DNA from: Candidatus Aceula meridiana
GTDB lineage: Bacteria; Omnitrophota; Gorgyraeia; Zapsychrales; Aceulaceae
DNA: 64,000 nt
Reading direction: 5' to 3'
Assembly (NCBI GenBank): GCA_030765185.1
Contig: JAVCDE010000026.1
Span: forward strand, 108,007 to 172,006
Part shown: one piece after another, positions 27,528-37,690 of the stretch
Position numbering within the stretch: the first letter of the stretch is position 1
Layout: each line of letters begins with the position of its first letter
Position numbers and translations under genes: made by a program
The notes under the pieces: generated by a model
Seen by the model: only the letters and a program-made list of their open reading frames with translations
What the model was told of the DNA's origin: nothing
Database searches by the model: none

Positions 27528-29459
27528 TTGATATTAATGAAATTTTTAAAGAATATCCCCATGCGCTTCTGGGTTCTTTGTTTTGCCTGTTGCGCTATTC
27601 TTGCTATTCTCTTCCTAGGTTTATTAAAAAGCTATGAACATATCTTTTATGATTTGCGTTTTAGCCTACGCCCACCTTTAGCAGTTAGCGAACAGGCTGT
27701 TATCATTGAAATTTCTGACGACACTCTAAAGAATCTAAACAGTTGGCCGATTCCTCGAGATTTTCATGCAAGCTTAGTTGATGTCCTTAAAGAGAAGGGC
27801 GTAAAAAAGGTTGTCTTTGATATTATTTTTGAAGAGTCAACTTTTGAAGATGATATTTTTGCGCAGGCAATCGCTGACGCGGGGAATGTGTACCTGCCAT
27901 TAGTTTTTACCTTAGATGAAAAGAGCATAAAAGGCGTGTTAACATCAAGCCCGTCGATTTTGGCCAGCATAAATAGGAAATTCTCAGAAGTTGTTCAGGG
28001 TGCAGGACACATCAACGCTTTTGTTGATGAAGACGGAAAAGTAAGACGAGCACCTCTTTTTATTAAATATCAGAATAATTTTTATCCTCAAATCAGCCTC
28101 TTAGCTGCCTGCGATACCTTAGGCCTCGACATTAGAAATGTTCAATTTTTACCAGGCAAAGTTATTATTGATAATAAGCTTGTTTTGCCAGCATGCTGTA
28201 GTGGAGGCTTGGCAATTAATTACCCAGGTAAGTGGGGAGAAGCTTTTAAGCATTTTTCATATTTTGAAATTTTAAAGTCATATGCTCAGGAGCAAAGAGG
28301 CGAGAAACCTTTGCTTGATTTATCGGCTCTTCAAGATAAAGTTTGTTTCGTTGGGCTTACTGCTGCCGGGACATCCGATTTTAGTCCGACGCCAGTTAGC
28401 AAGATTTATCCGATGTTAGGGTCGCAGGCTAGTATTTTTAGCAGTATTATAACCAACCAGATGATTGTTGATGTTGGGCTTGTAGGTAATGCGTTAATAG
28501 GACTAATGGTTTTCTTTTTAAGTCTTTGGATATCTTTAAGGCTTTCAGCTCTACGCGCCCTTTTAGGAATTTTAGGATTAGCGGCAGCAGTTTTTTTAAT
28601 CTCAACAGCGCTTTTTATCTTTTTTGGAATTTGGACAGGATTGTTTTTGCCACTTTTGATTATCGTTGTGACATATGTCGCGTGTGTTTCTTATCGGTTT
28701 TTTAGCGAGATTCGCAAGCGTGAACTTTTAGAAAAAGAACTTGAGATTGCCCGCACTATTCAGCAAAACTTTTTGCCTGACGAGATGCCCACGCTTGACA
28801 ATTGGGAGGTGGCCGCGTTTATGCAAGCGGCAAAGTTTGTTGCAGGCGATCTTTATGATGTTCTCCCTTTAGATGAAAAACATTTAGGCGTTTTAATCGG
28901 CGATGTTTCAGGCAAGGGGGCTCCAGCCGCTTTGATTATGGCAAAGACTATATCGCTGTTTCGTTTGTTCGCCAGGGAGGGGGCAAGCTGCGCGCAAGTG
29001 CTAGAGAAGCTTACGGCAGAGCTTTGCGGAAAATTTTCAGGGCGGTTTGTCACAAGCATTTATTTAAGAATTAATAAAGAGGGAAACGATGTCATTGCTG
29101 CCTCAGCCGGACACGAACCCCTTTTAGTTTATCGTCTGCAAAATGAAGGGAAGAAGATCGAAGAGATTGATTTACGCTCCGGCCTTCCTTTAGGTGTTCT
29201 CGAAGAGGGTAATTATGAAGAAGTCTCAGCTACGCTTAATAAAGGTGATAAGCTAATTTTTTTCTCAGATGGCTTATCAGAGGCGCGGAATAAAAAGGGT
29301 CAAGATATTGATTTTAAAGAAATCGAGAATGCTATTTTAGAAACATCCGAGCAAAGTGCCAAGCAAACCCTTGAAGCCTTAAAGAAAGCTGTTTTTCGAT
29401 TTTCTAAGGGTGCTGTTCAGCACGACGACATTACAATTATTGTTATTGCCAAAAAATAG
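27528..29459 (+). CDS. CHASE2 sensor - PP2C (SpoIIE/RsbU-type) serine phosphatase
   Basis: TM, ~270-aa extracytoplasmic domain, then 3 TM helices (CHASE2 architecture). The C-terminus FVAGDLYDV ... LIGDVSGKGAPAALIMA ... FSDGLSE is PP2C/SpoIIE-like. Confidence 0.75.
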   Translation: MILMKFLKNIPMRFWVLCFACCAILAILFLGLLKSYEHIFYDLRFSLRPPLAVSEQAVIIEISDDTLKNLNSWPIPRDFHASLVDVLKEKGVKKVVFDIIFEESTFEDDIFAQAIADAGNVYLPLVFTLDEKSIKGVLTSSPSILASINRKFSEVVQGAGHINAFVDEDGKVRRAPLFIKYQNNFYPQISLLAACDTLGLDIRNVQFLPGKVIIDNKLVLPACCSGGLAINYPGKWGEAFKHFSYFEILKSYAQEQRGEKPLLDLSALQDKVCFVGLTAAGTSDFSPTPVSKIYPMLGSQASIFSSIITNQMIVDVGLVGNALIGLMVFFLSLWISLRLSALRALLGILGLAAAVFLISTALFIFFGIWTGLFLPLLIIVVTYVACVSYRFFSEIRKRELLEKELEIARTIQQNFLPDEMPTLDNWEVAAFMQAAKFVAGDLYDVLPLDEKHLGVLIGDVSGKGAPAALIMAKTISLFRLFAREGASCAQVLEKLTAELCGKFSGRFVTSIYLRINKEGNDVIAASAGHEPLLVYRLQNEGKKIEEIDLRSGLPLGVLEEGNYEEVSATLNKGDKLIFFSDGLSEARNKKGQDIDFKEIENAILETSEQSAKQTLEALKKAVFRFSKGAVQHDDITIIVIAKK

Positions 29460-29472
29460 GGAGTAATTTCTT

Positions 29473-30246
29473 ATGGAAGAGATCAAAACACTCGAACAAC
29501 AAGCTTATGAATTTCTTGCCCAAAAAGATTATGATAATAGCTATAAGGCTTTTCGTCAGGCAGCAGAAGGATATGAACAGGAAAAGCAATTAAGTCAGGC
29601 AGCTTTGTGTTTTGCATCGGCAGCCAGCAGCTGGACGTTGAAGTTCGGCGAAGAGAATTTTCATCGTGCGGCTGTTTGTTATGAGAAGGCAGCTTTTGCG
29701 GCAAGAAAATCCGGCGATTTTAAATACGCTGCGCTTCTTTATAAGCATGCAGCGGTTGTGTATGAGAGGGATTTAGAGTTCTTAGATTTTTCTGAGTGTT
29801 TTTTTAAATCTAAAGAATGTTATCGGAAATTCTTAATTTTTAGTTTTTTAAAGCCAGAGCGGGCTTACAGCTTGACTTCCGGAGAAGGAAACAAGGGCGC
29901 GAGCGGGTTTTTCAAAAGACTTGTATCCTTGGTGGGCTTAAGTTTTTCTTCTCTTGTTTGGGGCCATGGCGAGAGGCCGGCACGGACATTTTTTTCAGGA
30001 TTCTTTTTCGTTGTTTTAGCTGCTATCTTTTATACCCAAGGGGAACTTATTAAAGCCGGGCTTGTTTTCAAGCCAGATTTCTTTGAGGCTTTTTATTTTA
30101 GTGTGATTACTTTTACAACTGTAGGTTATGGTGATATTACACCTATCGGGATCAACAAACTTATTGTGCTTATCGAAGCCTTCTCAGGGCTTTTTATCGT
30201 TCCTCTTTTTATTGTAGGCTTGTCGAGGAAGTATCTGCGCTTTTAA
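29473..30246 (+). CDS. K+-channel-like 2TM pore protein with N-terminal soluble helical domain
   Basis: TVGYGDITP selectivity-filter signature between two TM helices. Confidence 0.55.
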   Translation: MEEIKTLEQQAYEFLAQKDYDNSYKAFRQAAEGYEQEKQLSQAALCFASAASSWTLKFGEENFHRAAVCYEKAAFAARKSGDFKYAALLYKHAAVVYERDLEFLDFSECFFKSKECYRKFLIFSFLKPERAYSLTSGEGNKGASGFFKRLVSLVGLSFSSLVWGHGERPARTFFSGFFFVVLAAIFYTQGELIKAGLVFKPDFFEAFYFSVITFTTVGYGDITPIGINKLIVLIEAFSGLFIVPLFIVGLSRKYLRF

Positions 30247-30548
30247 ATGAGGACATGCTTTACGGAATAAATGACGTAAAGCATAAATCCGAATTTACCC
30301 TCTCTGATTTGGCCAAGGGTGAGCTTGCTTTAATACATATTCTGCTATAAATACTCTTCTTATTTATTCTTACTAATCTAAGTATAAAAGGTAACGCTTT
30401 CTTTTTAGCCCTTTAAACTCCTTATATTTCTTATTATATATATTATACTTATACGGTCAGGGTGAATTTTTAGCCTTTAGGTTAAGAAAATTTCTCACAA
30501 GCAGAAGCTTAAAAGTTTCTATTTGGGGTAGATAAATGGTAGGGAATT

Positions 30549-33500
30549 ATGATGAACAAATTTATAAACCAAAAAAATTTCCTTTATAAGGTAATCTGCA
30601 CGGGTATGATTTTTGTCTTCTTCATGGCGAGTTTGCCCGGGGAAGCTTTGGCCCAAGCGTCAAGTATTTTAGGCTTGCCTCAAGTCGGAAGTATAGTCCC
30701 CTTAAGCCCGGGATTCACTCCTCCCATTATTCGCGGAATGCGAGTCTATCCTAACAATCCACTCAAATTCGACTTCATCGTTTATTCGGGTGATTCTGGG
30801 CTTCAAGGGGATTTATTAAAACAGGAGTCTGAAAAACTTATTCGCTACTTTTTGGCCTCTTTAACCATCCCTGAGGATGACCTTTGGGTCAATCTCTCTC
30901 CTTATGAAAAAGACCGCATTGTACCTGATGCTTTGGGCCAGACCGAAATGGGCCGTGATATGTTGGCTCAGGACTATCTCTTAAAACAAGTTACAGCTTC
31001 GCTAATTTATCCAGAAGACGACTTAGGAAAACAATTCTGGCAGAAAATTTATAAGACAGCTTATGAAAAATATGGAACAACTAACATTCCTGTAGATACT
31101 TTTAACAAGGTTTGGATTGTGCCGCAAAAGGCTGTGGTTTATGCGCGTGGAGATAGAGCGTTTATTACAGAAAGTAAATTGAAGGTAATGTTGGAAGAGG
31201 ACTATTTAGCACTAGCGAATAACGGACAGGTTGCAGCGGATAGTAATCGTAAGAATATTGCTTCTCAAATTATTCGTGAGATTGTTATCCCTGAACTTGA
31301 AAAAGAAATAAATGAGGGTCAAAATTTTGCGCAGCTACGACAGATTTATCATTCTCTAATTTTAGCCTATTGGTTTAAGAATAATTTAAAAGATGCCATT
31401 TTAAACAAACTGTATTCAAGTCAAGAAAAAATAAAAGGTGTTGATGTTAAAGACAAAGACATTTCAAAGAAAATTTATAATCAGTATATTGCGTCTTTTA
31501 AAAAAGGCGTTTGTAACATGATAAAAATTGAGTATGACGCTTATGCCAGAAAGAATATTCCTCGTAAATATTTTTCTGGGGGCCTTGGACTTTTTGGCAA
31601 GAACTTGAAGGAAGCAATTAGCTTCGAAAGCTCTCCATCGGCAGAATTGGCAGAATTTGTTGAAGAGCAAAGCGTCGGGGCAGGATCTAATATCATTGCT
31701 GAGACAATGATATCTAATTTTAAAGAATCTTCAAAGCCAACCTTAGCAGAAGGAACTATCTCCTCAAGCGCAAGCCCCACAAGCTCGAACGCTGCCTTTC
31801 CAGAAACACGCACCTCACCTTTAAAAATGAAGGCGAAAGAGGGCATGCCTATTCTCCTTGACCATATTAAGAAGTTACAAGCTAAGAAGAATCAAGATTT
31901 TAAGGGCCGAAAAGAGGTTTTTAAATCAGAACAAGAAAAGACAGATGAAGGCTCTTCTTCTGCTATTCTCGTCGACGGATGGGTTTCGATTAAAGGGGAG
32001 AATTATTTTGTAGAGAAAGTAATTAGCCGAGAAAAACAGGAAGCCTTGGCCGGAGAATGGGATGAGCTTCAGCGTGATAAGATTAATTTAATTTTTAAAG
32101 GAAATAATTGGGTTAAAGCCTTTGAAGATTATCCGAATGGCGACCTGATCATCATTCGTTCTCAAGAAGGAAAACTTTTGGGGATGGTTTATTCTCATGA
32201 TGAGGATGTTAAAATTTTTAAGAAATTAAACCTAAAAAGAAGCACGATGGAGGGGCGAATTACTCTTATTGATTTGATTGAGGTTTCTGAAGGCTATCGT
32301 GCTCAGGCAAAGATGGAAGAGTTGGAAGTTAAAGGGGGCGGCTTGGGGCGTGCGCTGCTTGCAAGAGTGATTGAAGAAAGTTATCAGAATAAATCGATAG
32401 ACGAGAGTCTAAAGGGCCTTATTGCGCTTGTCCCTAACTATGGTGATACTTCAACAGGATTTTATAAAAAAATTATAGGGTTTGGGGATGCTTTTATTAA
32501 AACCAAGGCAGGAGTTAATGCGTGTTTCCTTCTTGGTAAACAAAAAGCTCAAGAAGTGCTTTTAAAAGCCAAAGAACAAATTGGAAAAATAGATTCACCG
32601 TTTGATTCTTTTCAGACAAAAAAAGACATTGTAACTGAAAGACAATATTTTCCTAAAGAAGGGTTAGCCATAGCTGAGCGTGAAGTGCAGTATGATTCCG
32701 GCACGCAATGGGTTATTGTTTATTTAAACAATCGCCCGGAGGGCATCCAACCTAATCGAGAGCTGCGCATCGGCCCGAATCATTTTTTAAAATATGTAAA
32801 GACTAATGAAGAAGCTTATTTAGAAGTATTCGAAGGCCCGATTGGCTCTGAAAAAAGCACAGCAAAGTATTATATTCAAGGAGAAGGCGATGAGCTAGAA
32901 GACGTCATCAGTTCTTCAGGGATTTTAAACGACATTAAGAAGTCTTTAAGCAACTTAAAAACTCCTTTAAGCACAATTATTCCTCGCCTTGCTAAAGAAG
33001 GATATGTTACTTTTGATGAATTATTCGAGAATGAAAATTTTAAGAAGGATTTTAATTATTTAAAAATAGCATTAGAAAATCAGCCCCGTATAGTTTTAAA
33101 AGATGTTTATGCTCAGCAGGTTTTTGCCGATGATTGGAACTCTGTTAGAGGCGATATTATGGCGATATTATTTGAGTCCATTATCGAAAAATCCTGGAAA
33201 GACGGTAAAGATGAAATTTGCCCTCTGCCTGCAGGTGAATTTCTCGAAGCATTGAAGCAGGTTGAAAAAGAAACGCAAAAAGTCTTTACGCGAAAAGATT
33301 CTACGGTTTTTGTCATTAGAAATGATGAGAAGATTGTTGGATTTATTCGAGGGCAACCGCTGACTTTAAGCCAGCGGTTTAAAATATTTTTCTTAAAAAT
33401 TTTACAACAAAAAAGCTTAAAAGATATCAGCTTTCAATGGAACAAATATTTTTATCTTGGGGAGAGTTTTATCCTCGATAATTATCAAAGAGGGTTAGGT

Positions 33501-33998
33501 ATAAAGCTCTTTCAAGAGATCAGAAAAGTAGCGCGACGCCAAGGCTACAAATATTTTATTACAAACACAGCTAATCCAAAGCTAGTAGATCTTTATCAAA
33601 AAATTGGCACTGAAATTTTAAAAGACCAGGAGCAAGGAGAGCATTATTTTGCTATTGCCATAGGCGATGAGCTTCTTTCAAAGGCTGCCCTTGGCGATGC
33701 ACGCAAAGGAAAATCTTCCTCGGCGGCTAGCTCCTTCCCCGGCAGTGTTGATCTTAAAGATAATTCCGTCATTTCCAGTCCTGGTGGTATCGATCTTAAA
33801 GGTGCGGATAGTTTTATTGAAACCCGTGGTGAGGGGATTGAATTTGATGTACCTCAAGAACTCTTAAATATGGACCCAGCCCAAATTACAGGTTTTATGC
33901 CGGTTATTATTAATATTATTCCGGTTACAAATTTCTCAGCCTTGCTGGGCCTTTCAGAAGCAGAAGAATTTCAGCTAAGTCAGCTAAGAGAGACCTGA
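30549..33998 (+). CDS. 1149-aa secreted protein containing two GNAT-like acyltransferase domains
   Basis: Cleavable signal peptide (ASLPGEALAQA). Two GNAT motif-A-like segments, KGGGLGRALLARVIEE and QRGLGIKLFQEIRKVARRQGY. The N-terminal ~450 aa are unrecognised. Confidence 0.5.
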   Translation: MMNKFINQKNFLYKVICTGMIFVFFMASLPGEALAQASSILGLPQVGSIVPLSPGFTPPIIRGMRVYPNNPLKFDFIVYSGDSGLQGDLLKQESEKLIRYFLASLTIPEDDLWVNLSPYEKDRIVPDALGQTEMGRDMLAQDYLLKQVTASLIYPEDDLGKQFWQKIYKTAYEKYGTTNIPVDTFNKVWIVPQKAVVYARGDRAFITESKLKVMLEEDYLALANNGQVAADSNRKNIASQIIREIVIPELEKEINEGQNFAQLRQIYHSLILAYWFKNNLKDAILNKLYSSQEKIKGVDVKDKDISKKIYNQYIASFKKGVCNMIKIEYDAYARKNIPRKYFSGGLGLFGKNLKEAISFESSPSAELAEFVEEQSVGAGSNIIAETMISNFKESSKPTLAEGTISSSASPTSSNAAFPETRTSPLKMKAKEGMPILLDHIKKLQAKKNQDFKGRKEVFKSEQEKTDEGSSSAILVDGWVSIKGENYFVEKVISREKQEALAGEWDELQRDKINLIFKGNNWVKAFEDYPNGDLIIIRSQEGKLLGMVYSHDEDVKIFKKLNLKRSTMEGRITLIDLIEVSEGYRAQAKMEELEVKGGGLGRALLARVIEESYQNKSIDESLKGLIALVPNYGDTSTGFYKKIIGFGDAFIKTKAGVNACFLLGKQKAQEVLLKAKEQIGKIDSPFDSFQTKKDIVTERQYFPKEGLAIAEREVQYDSGTQWVIVYLNNRPEGIQPNRELRIGPNHFLKYVKTNEEAYLEVFEGPIGSEKSTAKYYIQGEGDELEDVISSSGILNDIKKSLSNLKTPLSTIIPRLAKEGYVTFDELFENENFKKDFNYLKIALENQPRIVLKDVYAQQVFADDWNSVRGDIMAILFESIIEKSWKDGKDEICPLPAGEFLEALKQVEKETQKVFTRKDSTVFVIRNDEKIVGFIRGQPLTLSQRFKIFFLKILQQKSLKDISFQWNKYFYLGESFILDNYQRGLGIKLFQEIRKVARRQGYKYFITNTANPKLVDLYQKIGTEILKDQEQGEHYFAIAIGDELLSKAALGDARKGKSSSAASSFPGSVDLKDNSVISSPGGIDLKGADSFIETRGEGIEFDVPQELLNMDPAQITGFMPVIINIIPVTNFSALLGLSEAEEFQLSQLRET

Positions 33999-34113
33999 GC
34001 CTTCCAGATGATTCAAGTTTTAGCACAATAATATTAATATAAATATATATATTTAATAAGAAAATAATGCTGATATAATATTTTTATCATATAAAAAATT
34101 TTAATAATTCCTG

Positions 34114-36069
34114 ATGAAAAAATCTTCGTTTTATAAAAGCTTCTTCCCACTTTGGGCCTGTGTTTTATTTTTTTGTTTTTGGTCTAGTGTCCTATCATAC
34201 AAATATCATTGCCTGGGATATACAGACTGGGACCTCGCCTTGCATTCTCAGACAATGTGGCAACTGACTCAAGGGAGTTGCTTTAATTCTCTTCTGGGGT
34301 GTAATTTCTTAGCCAACCATCTTAATTTTATCGCTTTTCTTTTTGTGCCCATTTACAAAGTTTTTCCAAGCCCATTGACACTACTTTTTCTCAAAGTTTT
34401 ATCGTATACCATAGGAGCAGCTGTTCTTTATAAAATTTCTGAGAAACACAACGGTCCTAATGTTGCAAAGTTTTTAATGTTGCTGTATGCGATTTTTCCT
34501 ATAACAATTTTTTCATTGAGCTTTGAGTTTCATTTTGAAAGTTTAGCTGTAGGATTTTTATTTTTAATGTTTTATTTCTTTGAGGAAGAGAACATCGCTG
34601 CTTTTTTTATTATGGCCTTTTTAACAGCTTCCTTAAAAGAAAATATGCCTTTGATATTAATAACTTTTGGTATCTATGGGTTTTTTGCGAAAAAAAGAAA
34701 AATGGTTTGGGGTTTGGCTTTGATTCTCTTAGGAATTTCTTTCTTTTATCTTGGAGTATTTGTTGTTGCTCCTTTTGCGCGTAAAGAGCTCCTTGTTCCA
34801 TATGTGTATTCTGCTCAATATCAACAAATCGGAGTTTCATCAGGTGGAAATTTTAATTTTTTAAATTTTGATATTTTTAAAATAGCGAAAATTTTGTTTA
34901 CAAAAAGTAATCTTAGTTTTTTTCTTAAAATGTTTGGCCCGTTGTTTATTGCTTTGTTTAGGCTGGACATTCTTTTTCTGGGAAGTCCGATTATATTGCA
35001 AAATATGTTGTCTTCTTCTTTTCAGCAGCAGACTATCTATTATCATTACACAGCGACCGTGCTTCCGTTTATTTTTATTGCAACAATTTTTGCGCTGAAG
35101 AAGTTTTCAAAAGTTTTAAAACGAAGGACATATGTGATTCTTTTTTTGTGTATTTTGCTGCTGAGTGCTGGGCGATTTTTGTTGTATGGCGTGAGCGTTT
35201 GGTTTCCGCGTATAAAGTATTGGAAAAACACCGATCAGCTTTTGAAGATAGTGATCTCGAATCCTCCTATTCAGTCTAATTTTCAATTTAATTATTTGGA
35301 CTATAAGAAGAAATTGATGAAAAGAGTTCCCAAAAAGGTTCCTGTTTTAGCAACGTTTGAATTTTTACCAGAATTCTCAAAGAGGCCATTTGTATATTCT
35401 TTTCATAACGTATTTGAAGGAAGAAATTATCTCACGGGTGATAGCTCATTTCAATTGTCAAACAATGTTCGGTATGCATTGATAAACTTCTATGATAGGT
35501 GGATGTCGATTATCGTAGATCGTCGGGGATATGAAAGAGCTTATCGATTTCTTGAAGACAACGACTGGTTTGTTTCGGAGGCTTTTGGGGACATTGTTCT
35601 GTTCCAAAAGGATGACCCCGAAAAGGTAAGACTAATCGAGAGGTCTCTTAAGAGCTTTCTTCCTAAAGAAGAGAATTCTGGTTTTTTTATCAGTGAAGAC
35701 TTTGAGTTGCTTAAATGCAAAACCATCCAGGTTCCGGATAACAATAAATTAGCGCTGACATTTTTTTGGAAGTCGAGAAGTCCAGTAAAAGACATATATT
35801 CGATGATATTTTTTATTGAAGGTAGCGATCCGACTATCGTTTATCCGCCGAGAGATATTGGTTATTCGGTGCATCCGACTTTAATGTGGGAAGAAGGGGA
35901 ATATATTAAAGAAAAGTATTGGTTGCCGCTTCCTGATTTAAAGCCAGGAAGTTATCGCCTTAAAGCGATTATTTTTAATATTAAAAATAGTATAATTTCA
36001 GATATCAAGAATTTAAAAACAAATAATGTTTCAAAAGAAATTATCGTAGCATCTTTTGAGATAGAATAG
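34114..36069 (+). CDS. polytopic membrane protein with C-terminal soluble domain, GT-C-like (DUF2079-like)
   Basis: More than 10 TM helices. A DWD acidic pair (YTDWDLALH) sits in the first extracytoplasmic loop. The C-terminal ~250 aa are soluble. Located in a glycan locus. Confidence 0.4.
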   Translation: MKKSSFYKSFFPLWACVLFFCFWSSVLSYKYHCLGYTDWDLALHSQTMWQLTQGSCFNSLLGCNFLANHLNFIAFLFVPIYKVFPSPLTLLFLKVLSYTIGAAVLYKISEKHNGPNVAKFLMLLYAIFPITIFSLSFEFHFESLAVGFLFLMFYFFEEENIAAFFIMAFLTASLKENMPLILITFGIYGFFAKKRKMVWGLALILLGISFFYLGVFVVAPFARKELLVPYVYSAQYQQIGVSSGGNFNFLNFDIFKIAKILFTKSNLSFFLKMFGPLFIALFRLDILFLGSPIILQNMLSSSFQQQTIYYHYTATVLPFIFIATIFALKKFSKVLKRRTYVILFLCILLLSAGRFLLYGVSVWFPRIKYWKNTDQLLKIVISNPPIQSNFQFNYLDYKKKLMKRVPKKVPVLATFEFLPEFSKRPFVYSFHNVFEGRNYLTGDSSFQLSNNVRYALINFYDRWMSIIVDRRGYERAYRFLEDNDWFVSEAFGDIVLFQKDDPEKVRLIERSLKSFLPKEENSGFFISEDFELLKCKTIQVPDNNKLALTFFWKSRSPVKDIYSMIFFIEGSDPTIVYPPRDIGYSVHPTLMWEEGEYIKEKYWLPLPDLKPGSYRLKAIIFNIKNSIISDIKNLKTNNVSKEIIVASFEIE

Positions 36070-36088
36070 AAAAGTAGAGGACGCCTGC

Positions 36089-36946
36089 ATGATAAGGTCT
36101 TTGCGTATTTATCAATGGATAAAGAATTTATTTATTTTTTCTCCTCTTATCTTTGGCCAAAACTTTTTTAATTTTGAAAAATTTCAAGCAACTTCATGGG
36201 TTTTTCTTGGGTTTTGTGCGCTTTCCAGCTGTATTTATATTATCAATGATTTTATTGATAAGGAGCGGGACGCTCAATCGCCTTATAAAAATAATATTTT
36301 TGTCCAACGCGGCGTTGTCAAAGCACGACCAGTGCTTTTTTTAAGCGGTTTTTTATTTTTGTTAGGATGTATATTGTGTGCGAAAGTGAATCAATCGGCA
36401 TTTTGGATAGGGATTGGTTATATAATTCTTAATGTTATTTATTCGCTATATGCAAAACAGTTTATTATTATCGATGTTTTTTTCATTTCTTTGGGTTTTC
36501 AAGCGAGGTTGTGGGCTGGAGGAGTTGCCTCTGGGATTTTTCCGTCTTTTTGGCTTCAGGCATGCATCTTTTGCCTCTCGTTATTTCTTGGGTTTGCAAA
36601 AAGGCGTAGAGAAATATATTTGCTAAAAGGGTTAGCTATTCACTATCGGGAAAACCTTTTAAATTATTCTGTTCGATTGTTAGATATTCTTCTTTTTGGC
36701 TGCGCAGGGCTGACCGCTTTATTTTATACAGCGTATGTCTTTTTATCTTTCTCCGCGAGGAAGATCAGCCCTTTTTGCATAAGGCTTTCTGTTGTTCTTG
36801 TGGTTGTTGGAATCATAAGGTATCTTTGTCTTGTTTATTCCGACAAGAAAAGAAGCGATCCAAGCGAATTGATTTTATCTGATATTTTTGTATTAAGTGT
36901 AATTATTATATGGGTGGCTTATATTTTTATTTTATTGTACAGATAA
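36089..36946 (+). CDS. UbiA-family polyprenyl-phosphate phosphoribosyltransferase-like (DPPR-synthase type)
   Basis: LRIYQWIKNLFIFSPLIFG ... YIINDFIDKERDAQSPYKNN matches the RxxQWxKN / NDxxDxExD signature of decaprenyl-phosphate phosphoribosyltransferases. Confidence 0.65.
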   Translation: MIRSLRIYQWIKNLFIFSPLIFGQNFFNFEKFQATSWVFLGFCALSSCIYIINDFIDKERDAQSPYKNNIFVQRGVVKARPVLFLSGFLFLLGCILCAKVNQSAFWIGIGYIILNVIYSLYAKQFIIIDVFFISLGFQARLWAGGVASGIFPSFWLQACIFCLSLFLGFAKRRREIYLLKGLAIHYRENLLNYSVRLLDILLFGCAGLTALFYTAYVFLSFSARKISPFCIRLSVVLVVVGIIRYLCLVYSDKKRSDPSELILSDIFVLSVIIIWVAYIFILLYR

Positions 36947-36966
36947 AGACTGTTAAATCATAAAGC

Positions 36967-37680
36967 GTGGTAGCCGTGAGAAGAAAATTTTTATATGCGT
37001 TAATTTTATTTTTTTTAGCAGTTTTTTTATTTTATTCCTGGATGGATGATCACAGTCGAGGATTAGATATTTATTTTGTGCGCCATGCTGAAACAGTTGC
37101 CAATGCTACAGGTGATTATAATGCAGAAAACCAAAAAGAATTTACAAAAAAAGGATATAGGCAAATACAGAATTTGACAAGAATTTTAGACAAGATGTCT
37201 TTTGACCATGTTTTGGTTAGCCCTAAATATCGGACGAAAAATACAATTCTGCCGTATTTAAAGAAAAATAATTTAGTTGGACAAATTTGGCCTGAAGTGG
37301 CGGAATGTTGTTGGCAAGGGGATGAACATATGCCTGCCTCAGTGGGTATCCCTTTTGGGAAAATTATTAACATAAAGAAAGAAAACTTTCGTTTTTTTAA
37401 ACTTAGAAGTTCATCCGCGGATAGATTTTATAATCCTCAAACATATAGCGATGGAATAGAGCAAATAAAGAGGGCTTGTGAATTAATTGAAAGAAAGTAT
37501 TCGGGGACCGGGAAATCTTTACTAATTGTTAGCCATTGGCTCGCAACAAGCCGCATGCTAGAAATGTTCTTAGGGATAGAAATAAAAGGCCGTTTTAATA
37601 TTAAAAATGCAAAACTAATCCATTTGCGGAAAGAAGCAGGTGGAAAATATCGGCTAATGACAACAGTAGATGCTTTTTAG
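36967..37680 (+). CDS. histidine phosphatase (PGM-like) family protein
   Basis: IYFVRHAETVANATGDY is the RHG-type catalytic motif. N-terminal TM anchor. Confidence 0.7.
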   Translation: MVAVRRKFLYALILFFLAVFLFYSWMDDHSRGLDIYFVRHAETVANATGDYNAENQKEFTKKGYRQIQNLTRILDKMSFDHVLVSPKYRTKNTILPYLKKNNLVGQIWPEVAECCWQGDEHMPASVGIPFGKIINIKKENFRFFKLRSSSADRFYNPQTYSDGIEQIKRACELIERKYSGTGKSLLIVSHWLATSRMLEMFLGIEIKGRFNIKNAKLIHLRKEAGGKYRLMTTVDAF

Positions 37681-37690
37681 ATGATAAAAA

